Origin: an uncultured Verrucomicrobiota bacterium
GTDB taxonomy: Bacteria > Verrucomicrobiota > Verrucomicrobiia > Limisphaerales > AAA164-E04
Assembly: GCA_964342405.1 (NCBI GenBank)
Contig: CAYFGX010000022.1
Location: forward strand, 12,411-76,410
Direction of reading: 5' to 3'
Length of the DNA: 64,000 nucleotides
In this document: positions 9,630-19,326 of the stretch, piece after piece
How positions within the stretch are numbered: position 1 is the first letter of the stretch
Layout of the letters: each line of letters opens with the position of its first letter
Program-made: the position numbers and the translations under genes
The notes under the pieces: model-generated
Told to the model about the DNA's origin: nothing
Databases searched by the model: none
What the model saw: the letters and a program-made list of their open reading frames with translations, nothing else

Positions 9630-11102
9630 TCAATACTTGCCGTACGTGCCGAACATCTCATGCTTCGAACGCCGCGGCCGGACTCGAACAGAATGATCAG
9701 GTTCCCCGGTGACTCGATCAAACTCATCCGGCGTCCGGACGGTGGGAATATAGTCTCCTGTCCGCTTCGACCACGCCTTCAACTCGGACTTCAAACGAGA
9801 GATGACGGGTTCGAGTTCGGGCACATGGATCAAGTTTCTCAACTCGTTCGGGTCATTCAACAAGTCGTATAGCTCAAACTCCGGCCGCGGCGTTTGGAAA
9901 CAAGCTTGCTGCACAGCGGTCAGAGTGCCCTCCCCGTTTAGCTTCAGCATACTTTGCCAGGTCAGGCTTCGTCCGGCATCGGCTGAGGGCGTCGCTGCCA
10001 GATCAAAGTAAGTATTCCGAATGAGCTTATAGCGTTGGTTTCCAATCGAGCGTCCATGGTCCTCGTAGTCGTGCCAATGATCTTCCGCGAAAACAAAATC
10101 TCTCACGGATGTCGCCGGATCTTTAAGCGTTGGCAAGAAGCTCACACCGACAAAGCTCGAAACAGCCGGCAAGCCGGCCAAGTCTAGAAATGTCGGAGCA
10201 ATATCGACGGCACTCACCAAGCTCTTGGTTTCCGTTCCGGCCTCAACGCCCTTGGGCCATTTCACAATCCAGGGCGTCCGGATTCCACCGTCATAAAGAC
10301 TCGTCTTGTCACGTGGAAAGGGACGTCCGTTATCGGTGATGAAAAGAATCAATGTGTTCTCACTCACTCCTTGCCGTTCTAATTCTGCCACGACCCGCCC
10401 AACATAGAGATCGAGCCGACCAATCTCATCGTAGTAAAGCCGAAGATCTTCGCGCACCTCCGGCGTATCCGGCAAATGAGGAGGCACGAGAACTTTCGCG
10501 GGATCGTGCGGCGGATCTAGCGCTCCGTCCTCATACTCGCGATGAGGATCCAAGGCCGCTAACCAAAGAAAGAAAGGCTTATCCTTGGGACGGTTCTTCA
10601 GGGTGGGGATCCACGCCTCACAACCACTGGGAGCCTTCGCAATCATTTTCGGCGGCGCCGTCCCATCGCCAGTCGGCAAAATGAATCCCGCCATCGAGGC
10701 CTCAAAGATCTCATCAAATCGATCCTTCACGCCCTCTCCTAGATGCCATTTTCCAGCCGCTGCCGTGTAGTATCCCGCCGCCTTCAACTTCTCGACAAAG
10801 GTCACCGAGGCACTTGGAAGCGGCCAATGCAACTGTTCCGCTCCCGTGTTGTGGGGATAGCGTCCGGTTATGATACTCGAACGACTCGGACTGCATGAAT
10901 TCGCGGTGAGGTAGGCGTGCCGAAAGAGCATGCCATCGCCGGCCAACCGATCGATATTCGGCGTTCGAACAACCGGATTTCCATACACACCACAATCGTT
11001 CCAGTTCATGTCATCAGCAATGATGAACACGATATTAGGGCGTTCAGCGGCACACACCGCCAAGGCTCCGAACAGGCTAAACAAACAAGCTAGATTTCGC
11101 AT
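9630..11102 (-). CDS. Sulfatase (S1 formylglycine type, sulfamidase-like)
   Basis: RPNIVFIIADD, CSPSRSSIITG, GKWH and TDNG motifs. Start placed at MRNLAC, which gives a signal peptide. Confidence 0.93.
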   Translation of the reverse strand: MRNLACLFSLFGALAVCAAERPNIVFIIADDMNWNDCGVYGNPVVRTPNIDRLAGDGMLFRHAYLTANSCSPSRSSIITGRYPHNTGAEQLHWPLPSASVTFVEKLKAAGYYTAAAGKWHLGEGVKDRFDEIFEASMAGFILPTGDGTAPPKMIAKAPSGCEAWIPTLKNRPKDKPFFLWLAALDPHREYEDGALDPPHDPAKVLVPPHLPDTPEVREDLRLYYDEIGRLDLYVGRVVAELERQGVSENTLILFITDNGRPFPRDKTSLYDGGIRTPWIVKWPKGVEAGTETKSLVSAVDIAPTFLDLAGLPAVSSFVGVSFLPTLKDPATSVRDFVFAEDHWHDYEDHGRSIGNQRYKLIRNTYFDLAATPSADAGRSLTWQSMLKLNGEGTLTAVQQACFQTPRPEFELYDLLNDPNELRNLIHVPELEPVISRLKSELKAWSKRTGDYIPTVRTPDEFDRVTGEPDHSVRVRPRRSKHEMFGTYGKY

Positions 11103-11193
11103 CACAACAATTAAAGCGGGAGCAACGCATCCGCTAGCCACTCCCCCAAAAAGACTTTCCGAAAAGCAAATCGTCAAGCGCGAGAAAGGGACC

Positions 11194-11277
11194 AAAGCGA
11201 CAGCTAAGCTCTCGCACTCCAAAAACCCAATGAGATTCCAGCATTTCCTTGGAGTGCGGTAGCAAGGCTTCCGCTTT
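11194..11277. repeat. REP-like inverted pair, family A (..GCACTCCAAA / TTGGAGTGCG..)
   Basis: AAAGCGACAGCTAAGCTCTCGCACTCCAAA and TTGGAGTGCGGTAGCAAGGCTTCCGCTTT. A related pair lies at 45215-45288. Confidence 0.7.
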
Positions 11278-11344
11278 CACCACAGCAAGACCACCAAGAC
11301 ACCAGCCCTCGAAACCAATCTCACCGCCTTACCCCATCACGATC

Positions 11345-12733
11345 CTACTCCTCCAACACACGCGGAGTCGGATTCTCAACATCCAATACAGGACGCTGCT
11401 CAGAGCCTCTCGCCCCCTCATGCCCTAATCGACTCTTCGCATCCGCTGCGAAGTTCAAAAGCTTCCGCACAACGCCTGGATTATCTGCCGAAACATCGTT
11501 CTTCTCCTGGGGGTCACGTGTCAGGTTCACCAATTTCCCTTTTCGACCCGGCCCTTGACGATCATAGGTACTCCAAACAGGGAAGCGCCTCTCCAAGTCC
11601 AGATGAAGCTTCCACGGACCCGATCGCACGGCCTGTAACTGATGACGTCGATAGTAGTAAAACACATCGTAGGACGTCTTCGCACCCTCGACACCACGTA
11701 AGAGATCACCAATGTCTTTTCCATCGATGAGACGTTCCGATTGGTAAGGTTTGCCGTCAACGATTCCCAAGAAAGTTGGCAACAAGTCCATTGTCGTCGA
11801 CAACTCGTCACACTGAGATCCCGCTGGAATCACCCCGGGCCAGCGCACGACCATGGGGATGCGCATGCCCCCTTCCATTGTCTGCCCTTTGTGACCTGAC
11901 AAGGGCGCGTTCGATCCTCCGTTTCGCCCATTCGATCCGTTGTCGGACGTGAACATCATCAAGGTATTCTCCGCGACCCCCAAACGATCCAGAGCTTCCA
12001 ATAGGCGCTTTGTCGAAGCATCGATCTCTTCCACTGTAGCACCATACTTTCCATTCTCACTCCGTTTCAAAAAGTGTTCCGTAGCAAAGAGCGGAAGATG
12101 AGGAAACGTGTGGGGGAGATAGAGAAAAAAGGGTTTGTCTCGATTCGACTCCATGAACTTGATCGCTTCTTCTGTGTAGCGTTGCGTCAGCGTCGCCTGA
12201 TCAGCCGGAGCTTCAATCACCCGTTCCTGATCGAGAATCGGAAGAGGTGGGTCGCCGCGTCCCTTGTGTTGCATGTCGTTCGAATAGGGAATGCCATAGT
12301 AGCGATCAAATCCATGACGCGTCGGCAAGTGCTGCGGCTGATCTCCGAGGTGCCATTTCCCAATACAAGCCGTAGCATAACCGCGCGCCTTCAACGCCTC
12401 AGCCAGAGTCAACTCATCGGGATGGAGTCCCCGCGTGCTTCGTGGGATCAACACCCAATGCTCCGTCGAATCCTCATGCATTCCAACGCGCTGGGCATAG
12501 CAGCCCGTCATCAAACTCGATCGCGAAGGCGTGCAGACAGGACTAGACGAATAGAAATGAGTGAATCGCATTCCCTGCTTCGCGATCGAATCAATCGCCG
12601 GGGTCCGGTTCTTCTTGGATCCATAGCAGCCCAAATCGCCATACCCCAAGTCATCGCAAAAGATGACAATGAAATTAGGCGACGCAGCGCAAGCCTGCCC
12701 CGCAACCAACAACAATAGCAGCAACCGAATCAT
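11345..12733 (-). CDS. Arylsulfatase-family sulfatase
   Basis: PNFIVIFCDDLGYGD, CTPSRSSLMTG, GKWHLG, GIPYSNDM and SDNG motifs; signal peptide MIRLLLLLL. Confidence 0.94.
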   Translation of the reverse strand: MIRLLLLLLVAGQACAASPNFIVIFCDDLGYGDLGCYGSKKNRTPAIDSIAKQGMRFTHFYSSSPVCTPSRSSLMTGCYAQRVGMHEDSTEHWVLIPRSTRGLHPDELTLAEALKARGYATACIGKWHLGDQPQHLPTRHGFDRYYGIPYSNDMQHKGRGDPPLPILDQERVIEAPADQATLTQRYTEEAIKFMESNRDKPFFLYLPHTFPHLPLFATEHFLKRSENGKYGATVEEIDASTKRLLEALDRLGVAENTLMMFTSDNGSNGRNGGSNAPLSGHKGQTMEGGMRIPMVVRWPGVIPAGSQCDELSTTMDLLPTFLGIVDGKPYQSERLIDGKDIGDLLRGVEGAKTSYDVFYYYRRHQLQAVRSGPWKLHLDLERRFPVWSTYDRQGPGRKGKLVNLTRDPQEKNDVSADNPGVVRKLLNFAADAKSRLGHEGARGSEQRPVLDVENPTPRVLEE

Positions 12734-12837
12734 AGGAATCGCCAAAAGCCTATCCGTCCCCCCTCAAACAAACAAGCTCCTGGTTCCTTTCGTTGCCCTG
12801 CGGAGGGCTTACTCGTCTCACCAACTCTACCTCAGTC

Positions 12838-12873
12838 TTGCTTAGTTAAGTTAACTAGACTAGTTTTTTCAAA
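12838..12873 (+). promoter_or_regulatory. Promoter with palindromic operator of the phd-vapC pair
   Basis: TTGCTT-N17-TAGTTT-N7-GTG. The spacer holds the dyads TAGTTAAGTTAACTA and AACTAGACTAGTT. Confidence 0.65.
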
Positions 12874-13113
12874 GTGAAACAAGTTAACATCTTCGAAGCC
12901 AAGACCCACCTCTCTGCACACATTCAAGCGGCCTTAGACGGAGAGGAAGTGATCATCGCAAAGGCGGGTAAACCACTCGTTCGACTCCAACCGATCGAAA
13001 AACAAAAACGAAAACTGGGCGGATGGAAGGGGAAGATCAAAGTAGCACCCGACTTTGACGAATGGACTCCAGACTTGGACAAACTGTTCGGAATGGATCC
13101 TTCCGAGCAATGA
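12874..13113 (+). CDS. Phd/YefM-family antitoxin
   Basis: VNIFEAKTHLS..GEEVIIAKAGKPLVRL. Confidence 0.92.
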   Translation: MKQVNIFEAKTHLSAHIQAALDGEEVIIAKAGKPLVRLQPIEKQKRKLGGWKGKIKVAPDFDEWTPDLDKLFGMDPSEQ

Positions 13114-13487
13114 AACTCCTCCTCGATACACACGTTCTCATTTGGTGCTTCGAGAACAACAAGCGCCTCAAAGGTCCCGTGCGGGAGGCAATCACCGATA
13201 GCAACAATACAGTGTTCGTCAGTGCTGCGTCCACCTGGGAACTGTCGATTAAATCCGCCCTCGGAAAAATCTCCATTCCAGACGATCTTGAAGTCCAACG
13301 AGAACGCTGCGACTTCAAAGCATTGTGCGTTTCGATCCAGCACACCCTTGCTCTCAAGAATCTTCCAGATCATCACCGCGACCCCTTTGATCGGCTCCTC
13401 ATTGCTCAGGCCATGGCAGAGTCACTGACCCTGGTAACCCATGACCCCGTCATATGGAGCTATCCCGTCGCTACGCTGAGAGCTTAG
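13110..13487 (+). CDS. vapC: VapC/PIN toxin
   Basis: MKLLLDTHVLIW, SAASTWELSIK, HRDPFDRLLIAQA and LVTHD motifs; ATGA overlap with the antitoxin. Confidence 0.93.
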   Translation: MKLLLDTHVLIWCFENNKRLKGPVREAITDSNNTVFVSAASTWELSIKSALGKISIPDDLEVQRERCDFKALCVSIQHTLALKNLPDHHRDPFDRLLIAQAMAESLTLVTHDPVIWSYPVATLRA

Positions 13488-13501
13488 ATCGTTCGCTGCG
13501 C

Positions 13502-14889
13502 TTACAGTTCAGTCTTAGGCTCTCCCTCAATCAATTCCTCCGCCTCACGCTGCAAGGCACCAGAACACATCCAGACGGCCCAGGCAGGCGCAAACCTTGC
13601 CTCCAAATCGTTCCAATCATTTCAATTCACCTCAAACATCTCTTTCGCCTCCAGCAGACTCTGATTCGCCGCTGAACCGTGACCCTGTTGCTGGAGTGCC
13701 ATCGCGGCAATCACCAAAGCTCGATGCTTGATCGCCTGGGACCGAACCCTATTAGAGGCAATGGCTCCGGCTATCTCCGCTGCTTGTTGCCAATCTCCAG
13801 ACCGATAGGCGCCCAACGCCAACCCATTCCCCACGCAAGGCGAACCCACCCATAGTCATAGTCGGCACCAAGATACACGTCCTTCGCATAGCGACTGACT
13901 TCCTTGATCCCGACTCGGGAAGCTGGCACCGAAGGCAAGTAGCACATCAACGCCGAACGGAACTCTCGTGATCGAGGCCCTTGAATTGACCCGACATACG
14001 CATCCAGAATCTGCTGCATCTTGTCATGGTCACCGCGACGGGCGGCAAGAGCGAGACGCTCTACAACGGCAACGGACGGAAATGACGCGAGCCGATCCGC
14101 AACAATTTCCGCTTGCTCCGGACTCATGCAGGCCGGTGTCCCAATCATCTGGGCGTAGTTGGTGAAGAGCGTTTTCTCGGTGAGTTTTTGATTCGTCGCC
14201 TTGGCAATCCCGAAGTCGATCACTTTCGGCACCGGATTGCCGTCGTGCAGTGTCACCATCACGTTTGCCGGCTTAATATCGCGATGAATGATTCCTTTCT
14301 GATGCGCATGCTGAATGGCATGACAAACCGGCATGAAGAGTTCCTGTCGTTTTGCAGTGGAGAGCTTGTTCTTGTCGCAGTACTCCGTGATAGGCACGCC
14401 TTTGACCAACTCCATCACGAAATAAGGTCGCCCCGAATCCGTCGCGCCAGCATCTAAGCCCCGGGCAATGTTGGGATGATCCATCATCACCAGAGCCTGT
14501 CGCTCCGCCTCAAATCACGCCACGACTTGGCGAGTATCCATACCCAGCTTGATGATTTTGAGCGCAACTTTGCGAACCACCGGCTCAGTCTGCTCTGCCA
14601 TGAAGACAGCGCCCATGCCGCCCTCGCCAATCTGTTGCAAAATCTTGTATCGGCCGATAACCGTTCCTGGACCTTCACTCAAAGGAGAACCGATGCCCTC
14701 GACCGTATCTTCACCCATCGCAGCGGGAGCGTGGAAAAAGTCAGTTGCGCGACCGGCCGCTTCGAGCAGGTGTTGCATCGCCGCATCGCCGTGGCAGGCT
14801 AGCTGCAGGTAGGCAGCCCGCTTCTCGGAATCCGCAAAATTCTTCGCCTCGTTAAAAATACCCTCTTCGCGCTCGTTCAATTCAGTCAT
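13502..14889 (-). pseudogene. Ser/Thr kinase pseudogene (paralog of 3486-6980)
   Basis: In-frame TGA at 14515-17 in [12 protein letters not shown] (R in the paralog). The kinase is cut after SPEQAE and fused to a helical C-terminal region, with a further frameshift and stop. The tail QREAEELIEG ends at 13502. Confidence 0.9.
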
Positions 14890-14959
14890 AGCAACGCCTT
14901 TATTGAGGTAAACGAAATTACGGGATGAAACCCGACAGCTAACTTTTCTCTAAAAAAAC

Positions 14960-15080
14960 GGTGGGGCGAGCGTCCTCGCTCGCCGCGTCCCGCCCGCTGG
15001 GGCGGGATGAAAGATTGCGCGGTGGAGAATATAGGCAAGGCTACCGGAGGAGCCCGGCTCGCGAGTACGCTCGCCCCACT
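14960..15080. repeat. REP doublet (REPIN), family B
   Basis: GGTGGGGCGAGCGTCCTCGCTCGCC (14960-84) is inverted to GGCTCGCGAGTACGCTCGCCCCACT (15056-80); internal hairpin TCCCGCCC-GCTG-GGGCGGGA. Confidence 0.85.
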
Positions 15081-15095
15081 CAATCAGTCTTAGCT

Positions 15096-15172
15096 TTTGC
15101 AGCATGTGCAGTAAGTTACCATCCATGCTGCAAATTTGACAATGATCGAATCTGATCTAGTATACCTGCTGG
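15096..15172 (+). promoter_or_regulatory. Perfect 11-bp inverted repeat abutting the sigma70 promoter of the ATPase gene
   Basis: TTTGCAGCATG (15096-106), N17, CATGCTGCAAA (15124-134); TTGACA 15136-41; TAGTAT 15158-63. Confidence 0.6.
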
Positions 15173-16585
15173 ATGAAGTTCATCAATCGCTCCCGCGAGC
15201 TGGCCCAGCTGAATCAGAAAACCGCAAGCGACCAGGCCGAACTGATCGTGGTCTATGGTCGACGTCGTATCGGCAAGACGGCTCTCTTGTCACACTGGCT
15301 CAAGGGCCACAGCACCGTCTCGCAAGCCTACTGGGTCGCGCATCGCACAACCTCAGACCGGCTCCTCACTTCATTCTCACAAGCCGTCAGTGCCTTGATT
15401 CACGCAGATGCCAGTCCCGCTCTCACCTTCCAAGACTGGGAGTCCGCCCTAGAACAAGTCTTCCTCTTGGCGCGCAACCAACGATTGCTCTTGGTCATCG
15501 ACGAGTTCCCTTACCTCATCCAGTCCTGTCCAGAACTGCCCTCTCTCCTCCAAAAAATCTGGGATCGCTACCATCACCAATCTCAACTCGTTCTCGCGAT
15601 CTGTGGGTCCCACTATCACATGATGGTCGACCAATTTTTCTCCTCTCGCCAACCACTCTTTGGCCGGGCAACCGGCAGTCTCTTGGTCGATGAAATCCCC
15701 GCCAATGAACTGAAGGGATTCCTTCCAAAGTACAGCCCCGATCAAATCGCCCAAACAGCCGCCGTGATCGGAGGCGTACCTCACTACCTCAGTCTTTGGA
15801 ATGACACCGTCCCGCCGCTAAAGAATGTCGAGGAACTCGTTCTCAGCGCCGCGACCCTGTTCCGACACGAAGCGCTCTTTCTCATCCAGGAAGAGCTGCC
15901 CGAGCCGAGAACCTACCTGGCTGTTCTCGAGGCCCTAGGAGGACGACACCAGGCCCCCGTCGCAATCAGTAAAGCAACCGGGATTGACCGCGGCCATGTA
16001 GGCAAGTATCTCAACACACTCGTAAAACTGCGATTCGTGGAGAGAGTCCTGTCAGCGGATCTCAAAACGCGGAAGAATACCCGCACGTCACGTTACGAAA
16101 TCCGAGATCCCTATCTCCGCTTTTACTTCGAGTTCATCTACCCACATCCCGACTGGATCGAACAACGTCGGATCAAACCCCTCCGCGAGGCGATCCAATC
16201 TCGCTTCGACGCCTACGTCGGAAAGCAGGTTTTCGAGGACTGGGCTCGCACGGTCATTCGAGAGCTAGGAGACCAGGAAGCGCTCCCCTTCGTGCCGGAC
16301 GAGGTGGGGCGAGCCTGGAATCCACGGGTCGAAATCGATGTTTTCGCCGTCAATTGGAAAGAACGAATCGCCCTGGCAGGCGAATGCAAATGGCAGCGGG
16401 AGAAAATGGGGCCTAAACATCTCGAGTCCCTGCAGCAACGCGCCGAGAGGCTAGACCGCGTGGAAGGATTCCATTTTCACTATGCTCTCTTCTCAAGATC
16501 TGGATTCACAGCAAGCTTGTTGAACAAGGAAAAGTATCCCCATCTCCTCCTCTTCAGCGGCCCCGAACTCAAACGCATCCGCTAA
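15173..16585 (+). CDS. Archaeal-type ATPase with winged helix and C-terminal DUF234/PD-(D/E)xK-like domain
   Basis: MKFINRSREL, Walker A YGRRRIGKT, Walker B LVIDEF, GGVPHYL, YEIRDPYLRFYF and EIDV..GECKW. Confidence 0.9.
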   Translation: MKFINRSRELAQLNQKTASDQAELIVVYGRRRIGKTALLSHWLKGHSTVSQAYWVAHRTTSDRLLTSFSQAVSALIHADASPALTFQDWESALEQVFLLARNQRLLLVIDEFPYLIQSCPELPSLLQKIWDRYHHQSQLVLAICGSHYHMMVDQFFSSRQPLFGRATGSLLVDEIPANELKGFLPKYSPDQIAQTAAVIGGVPHYLSLWNDTVPPLKNVEELVLSAATLFRHEALFLIQEELPEPRTYLAVLEALGGRHQAPVAISKATGIDRGHVGKYLNTLVKLRFVERVLSADLKTRKNTRTSRYEIRDPYLRFYFEFIYPHPDWIEQRRIKPLREAIQSRFDAYVGKQVFEDWARTVIRELGDQEALPFVPDEVGRAWNPRVEIDVFAVNWKERIALAGECKWQREKMGPKHLESLQQRAERLDRVEGFHFHYALFSRSGFTASLLNKEKYPHLLLFSGPELKRIR

Positions 16586-16595
16586 CAAATCCTGA

Positions 16596-16674
16596 GGGGC
16601 GGGACGAATGTTGGGGGACCGATTTAGGGAATGGCTCCTGACGGAGCCCGGCTCGCGGGGACGCGAGCCCTACC
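16596..16674. repeat. Partial family-B REPIN (right half)
   Basis: GGGGCGGGACGA...GGAGCCCGGCTCGCGGGGACGCGAGCCCTACC is a diverged direct copy of 14999-15080. Confidence 0.75.
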
Positions 16675-16730
16675 GTGGAACCCCAAGATTTCCTCGCGCC
16701 CTTTCTCTCTTCCCACTAGACTCACTCACC

Positions 16731-19325
16731 ATGAAACAACGCCTTCGAACAGTCGTTCTCCTCTGTTTGAGCCTATCGAGTTTCCCTCAACTCTCGACGC
16801 TTGGCGGCGTTGCTTCCATCACCGAGTTCTTCGACGCCCACTGTTTCGATTGCCACGACAGCGAAACGTCCAAAGGGGATCTCAACCTCGAAACACTCTC
16901 ATTCGACCTGAAGGATCGAGCAAGCTTTGATCGCTGGGAACTCATCCACAACCGCGTCCTCAACGGCGAGATGCCGCCCAAGAAACGAACTCAGCCCGAC
17001 GCAATCGAACGCCAACACTTTCTCCAAGCACTTGCGACTCCGCTGACCGATGCGGACGAAGAACGCATCCGCGAGTCCGGCCGCGCCAAAGTACGCCGAC
17101 TCAACCGCTACGAATACGAAAACAAGATACGCCATGTGCTCGCCGCCCCTTGGCTCATGCTAGCCGATCGGCTTCCAGCCGACGGCATCAAACACCTCTA
17201 CAGCAAATCCGGAGAGATCCTCGACGTCTCTCACGTGCAGATGGAGCAGTATCTCAAAGTCGCCGAGTACGCCGTAAGAACGGCTTTGCAGACCGCCGCC
17301 CACCCGACCACTAAAACCAAATACTACGCCCGCGAAGAACCCACCATGCAGAACTACCTCCGCTACCGCTGGAGTCAAAGTTCTGCCACGCGAGCGGCGA
17401 TTCCGCTCATCGGCACCACGCCCGAGCCTGAAGTCATCCGCGGCAACAAACCCATCACTGTGGGAGAGAGCGCCCCGGACCTTCGAGAACAGGAGGCGAT
17501 GGGATTTGTTTCCGGAACCTACACCGCCACCACAAAGTACGACTTCACCCGAATGCGGGTTCCAATCGACGGCGACTACCGACTTCGCCTAAAATCCTAC
17601 TCCTTCCTGGCCGGACCGAACGGTCGTAGTGGCGGTGACGACAATGGTCTGACCGGAGGACGTCAGGCTTGGTGGAGGCCCAGCCGGACCGAGGCTTTCC
17701 GAGGGCAACGAAGCGAGCCCATCACCCTCTACGCCCTCGCGGCAAGTGGAGACAGTCGTTGGCTCACCACCTACGATGCCCTTCCCGACCCCACGGTCAT
17801 TGAGCGACGCGTGACACTTAAACAAGGCGAAGGAATTCGGCCGGACGCCGCTCGCCTCGTCCGAACCCGCCCCGGTTGGAAAGGGAATCCCAATGCTACC
17901 AAAAAGGGCATTCCCGGTTTTGCTCTCAATTGGCTCGAGGTCGAAGGCCCCATCCATGTCAGCTGGCCACCCCCGGCCTTTCAGGCACTATTCGGCGATA
18001 CGGAGTTCACATGCACCCGCGACGGTTCGGTGCAACTGACGACTACCGACCCAAGCGCCGATGCTCGCAACCTGATTCGTTCCTTCATCCAAAGGAGTCT
18101 GCCGACGACACCGCATAGAACTCAACTCACTGATCAGTATCTCGCAATCTACCGCCGCGCTCTCGAGCTCGACCAATCATTCACCGACGCACTCGTGATG
18201 ACTTTCGCAGCCATCCTCTGCTCACCTGAGTTTCTCTATATTGACTTTCAGCCGGGCGAACTCCCTCCCAAACAACTCGCCCGACGTCTCGCGTATTTCC
18301 TCTGGGAGAGCCCCCCTGACAGGGTCTTGCTGACGACGGACAACCTTCAGGATCCGGCGGTCCTCTCACGGGAAACGGACCGCATGCTCGATCACGCGAA
18401 ATCGCACCGATTCCGTCGACTGTTCCTTGATCACTGGCTCGACCTTCGCGATCTCAACGCCAACACCCCGGATGCCGAACTCTATCCCGACTATTACCTT
18501 CATGACCTCCTGACGGAATCCTCTTTGCGCGAAACCCAATTGTTCTTCGATGAACTACTCGAACGAGACTTACCCATTCGAAACCTTGTTCAGGCGGACT
18601 TCACTTACACCAACGAATGCTTAGAACAACACTACCAACTCGCGACGAAAGAGGGCGTTCAACCGCGACGCACAGAGCTTCCAGCCACTAGCGATCGAGG
18701 GGGGCTCCTAACCCAAGCGAGCATCCTCAGAGTCACTGCTAACGGGACCACCACCTCACCCGTAATCCGAGGGGCCTGGCTCGTGGAACGCATCATGGGG
18801 ATAGACATTCCCCCTCCGCCGTCTGGAGTGGATGCTGTCGAGCCTGACACTCGAGGTGCGACCACCATTCGCGAGCAGCTCGACAAACACCGCGAAGCCA
18901 CAAGCTGCAATGCGTGCCACATCAAGTTTGACCCAGTCGGGTTCTCACTTGAAAACTATGATATCGCCGGTGGATGGAGGGATCGGTATCGGGCCGTCGA
19001 TGCCGCGAAAGAACCGGTGGAGGGTCTAGGAAAAAACGGGCACCGCTACGTCTTTCACTACGCAAAGCCCGTTGACAGTCAGGGTCAACTAGCGAACGGG
19101 AAAGCCTTTGCTGACATTCGAGAACTGAAACAATTATTAGCCCAGGAAGAACGCCAGCTCGCCCGCAACTTCGTGCAACAGCTTATTACCTACAGCACCG
19201 GTGCTCCGGTAAGCTTCTCTGGCCGCGACGAAGTTGAAACCATTCTCAATCAATGTGCGCCGGATTACGGAATCCGATCCTTGCTCCACGGCGTTGTCCA
19301 AAGTAGTTTCTTCAGGATCAAGTAA
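16731..19325 (+). CDS. Planctomycete-type cytochrome c domain protein (DUF1587/1592/1588/1585)
   Basis: CFDCH and CNACH heme motifs; RRLNRYEY, LAYFLWESPPD, RGGLLTQAS and TSPVIRG. Confidence 0.88.
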   Translation: MKQRLRTVVLLCLSLSSFPQLSTLGGVASITEFFDAHCFDCHDSETSKGDLNLETLSFDLKDRASFDRWELIHNRVLNGEMPPKKRTQPDAIERQHFLQALATPLTDADEERIRESGRAKVRRLNRYEYENKIRHVLAAPWLMLADRLPADGIKHLYSKSGEILDVSHVQMEQYLKVAEYAVRTALQTAAHPTTKTKYYAREEPTMQNYLRYRWSQSSATRAAIPLIGTTPEPEVIRGNKPITVGESAPDLREQEAMGFVSGTYTATTKYDFTRMRVPIDGDYRLRLKSYSFLAGPNGRSGGDDNGLTGGRQAWWRPSRTEAFRGQRSEPITLYALAASGDSRWLTTYDALPDPTVIERRVTLKQGEGIRPDAARLVRTRPGWKGNPNATKKGIPGFALNWLEVEGPIHVSWPPPAFQALFGDTEFTCTRDGSVQLTTTDPSADARNLIRSFIQRSLPTTPHRTQLTDQYLAIYRRALELDQSFTDALVMTFAAILCSPEFLYIDFQPGELPPKQLARRLAYFLWESPPDRVLLTTDNLQDPAVLSRETDRMLDHAKSHRFRRLFLDHWLDLRDLNANTPDAELYPDYYLHDLLTESSLRETQLFFDELLERDLPIRNLVQADFTYTNECLEQHYQLATKEGVQPRRTELPATSDRGGLLTQASILRVTANGTTTSPVIRGAWLVERIMGIDIPPPPSGVDAVEPDTRGATTIREQLDKHREATSCNACHIKFDPVGFSLENYDIAGGWRDRYRAVDAAKEPVEGLGKNGHRYVFHYAKPVDSQGQLANGKAFADIRELKQLLAQEERQLARNFVQQLITYSTGAPVSFSGRDEVETILNQCAPDYGIRSLLHGVVQSSFFRIK

Positions 19326-19326
19326 G

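Noticed and set aside
11103-11222. N-terminal extensions in the ORF track (also 16608, 19234, 21303, 25117, 32251, 61597)
   Set aside because: They run through repeats or upstream genes. Downstream starts give proper signal peptides or family N-termini.
12074-12718. 214-aa ORF antisense to the sulfatase, and similar long shadow ORFs (22638-23315, 53764-54414, 60753-61475)
   Set aside because: They lie opposite well-supported genes, show no motifs, and are expected in GC-rich coding DNA.
14515-14517. In-frame TGA as selenocysteine or recoded stop
   Set aside because: The position is Arg in the paralog, the gene has other lesions, and TGA terminates many normal genes here.
5900-14660. Similarity between the two kinase domains as a DGR template/variable repeat
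   Set aside because: The differences look like ordinary synonymous divergence rather than adenine-specific changes, and the window has no reverse transcriptase.
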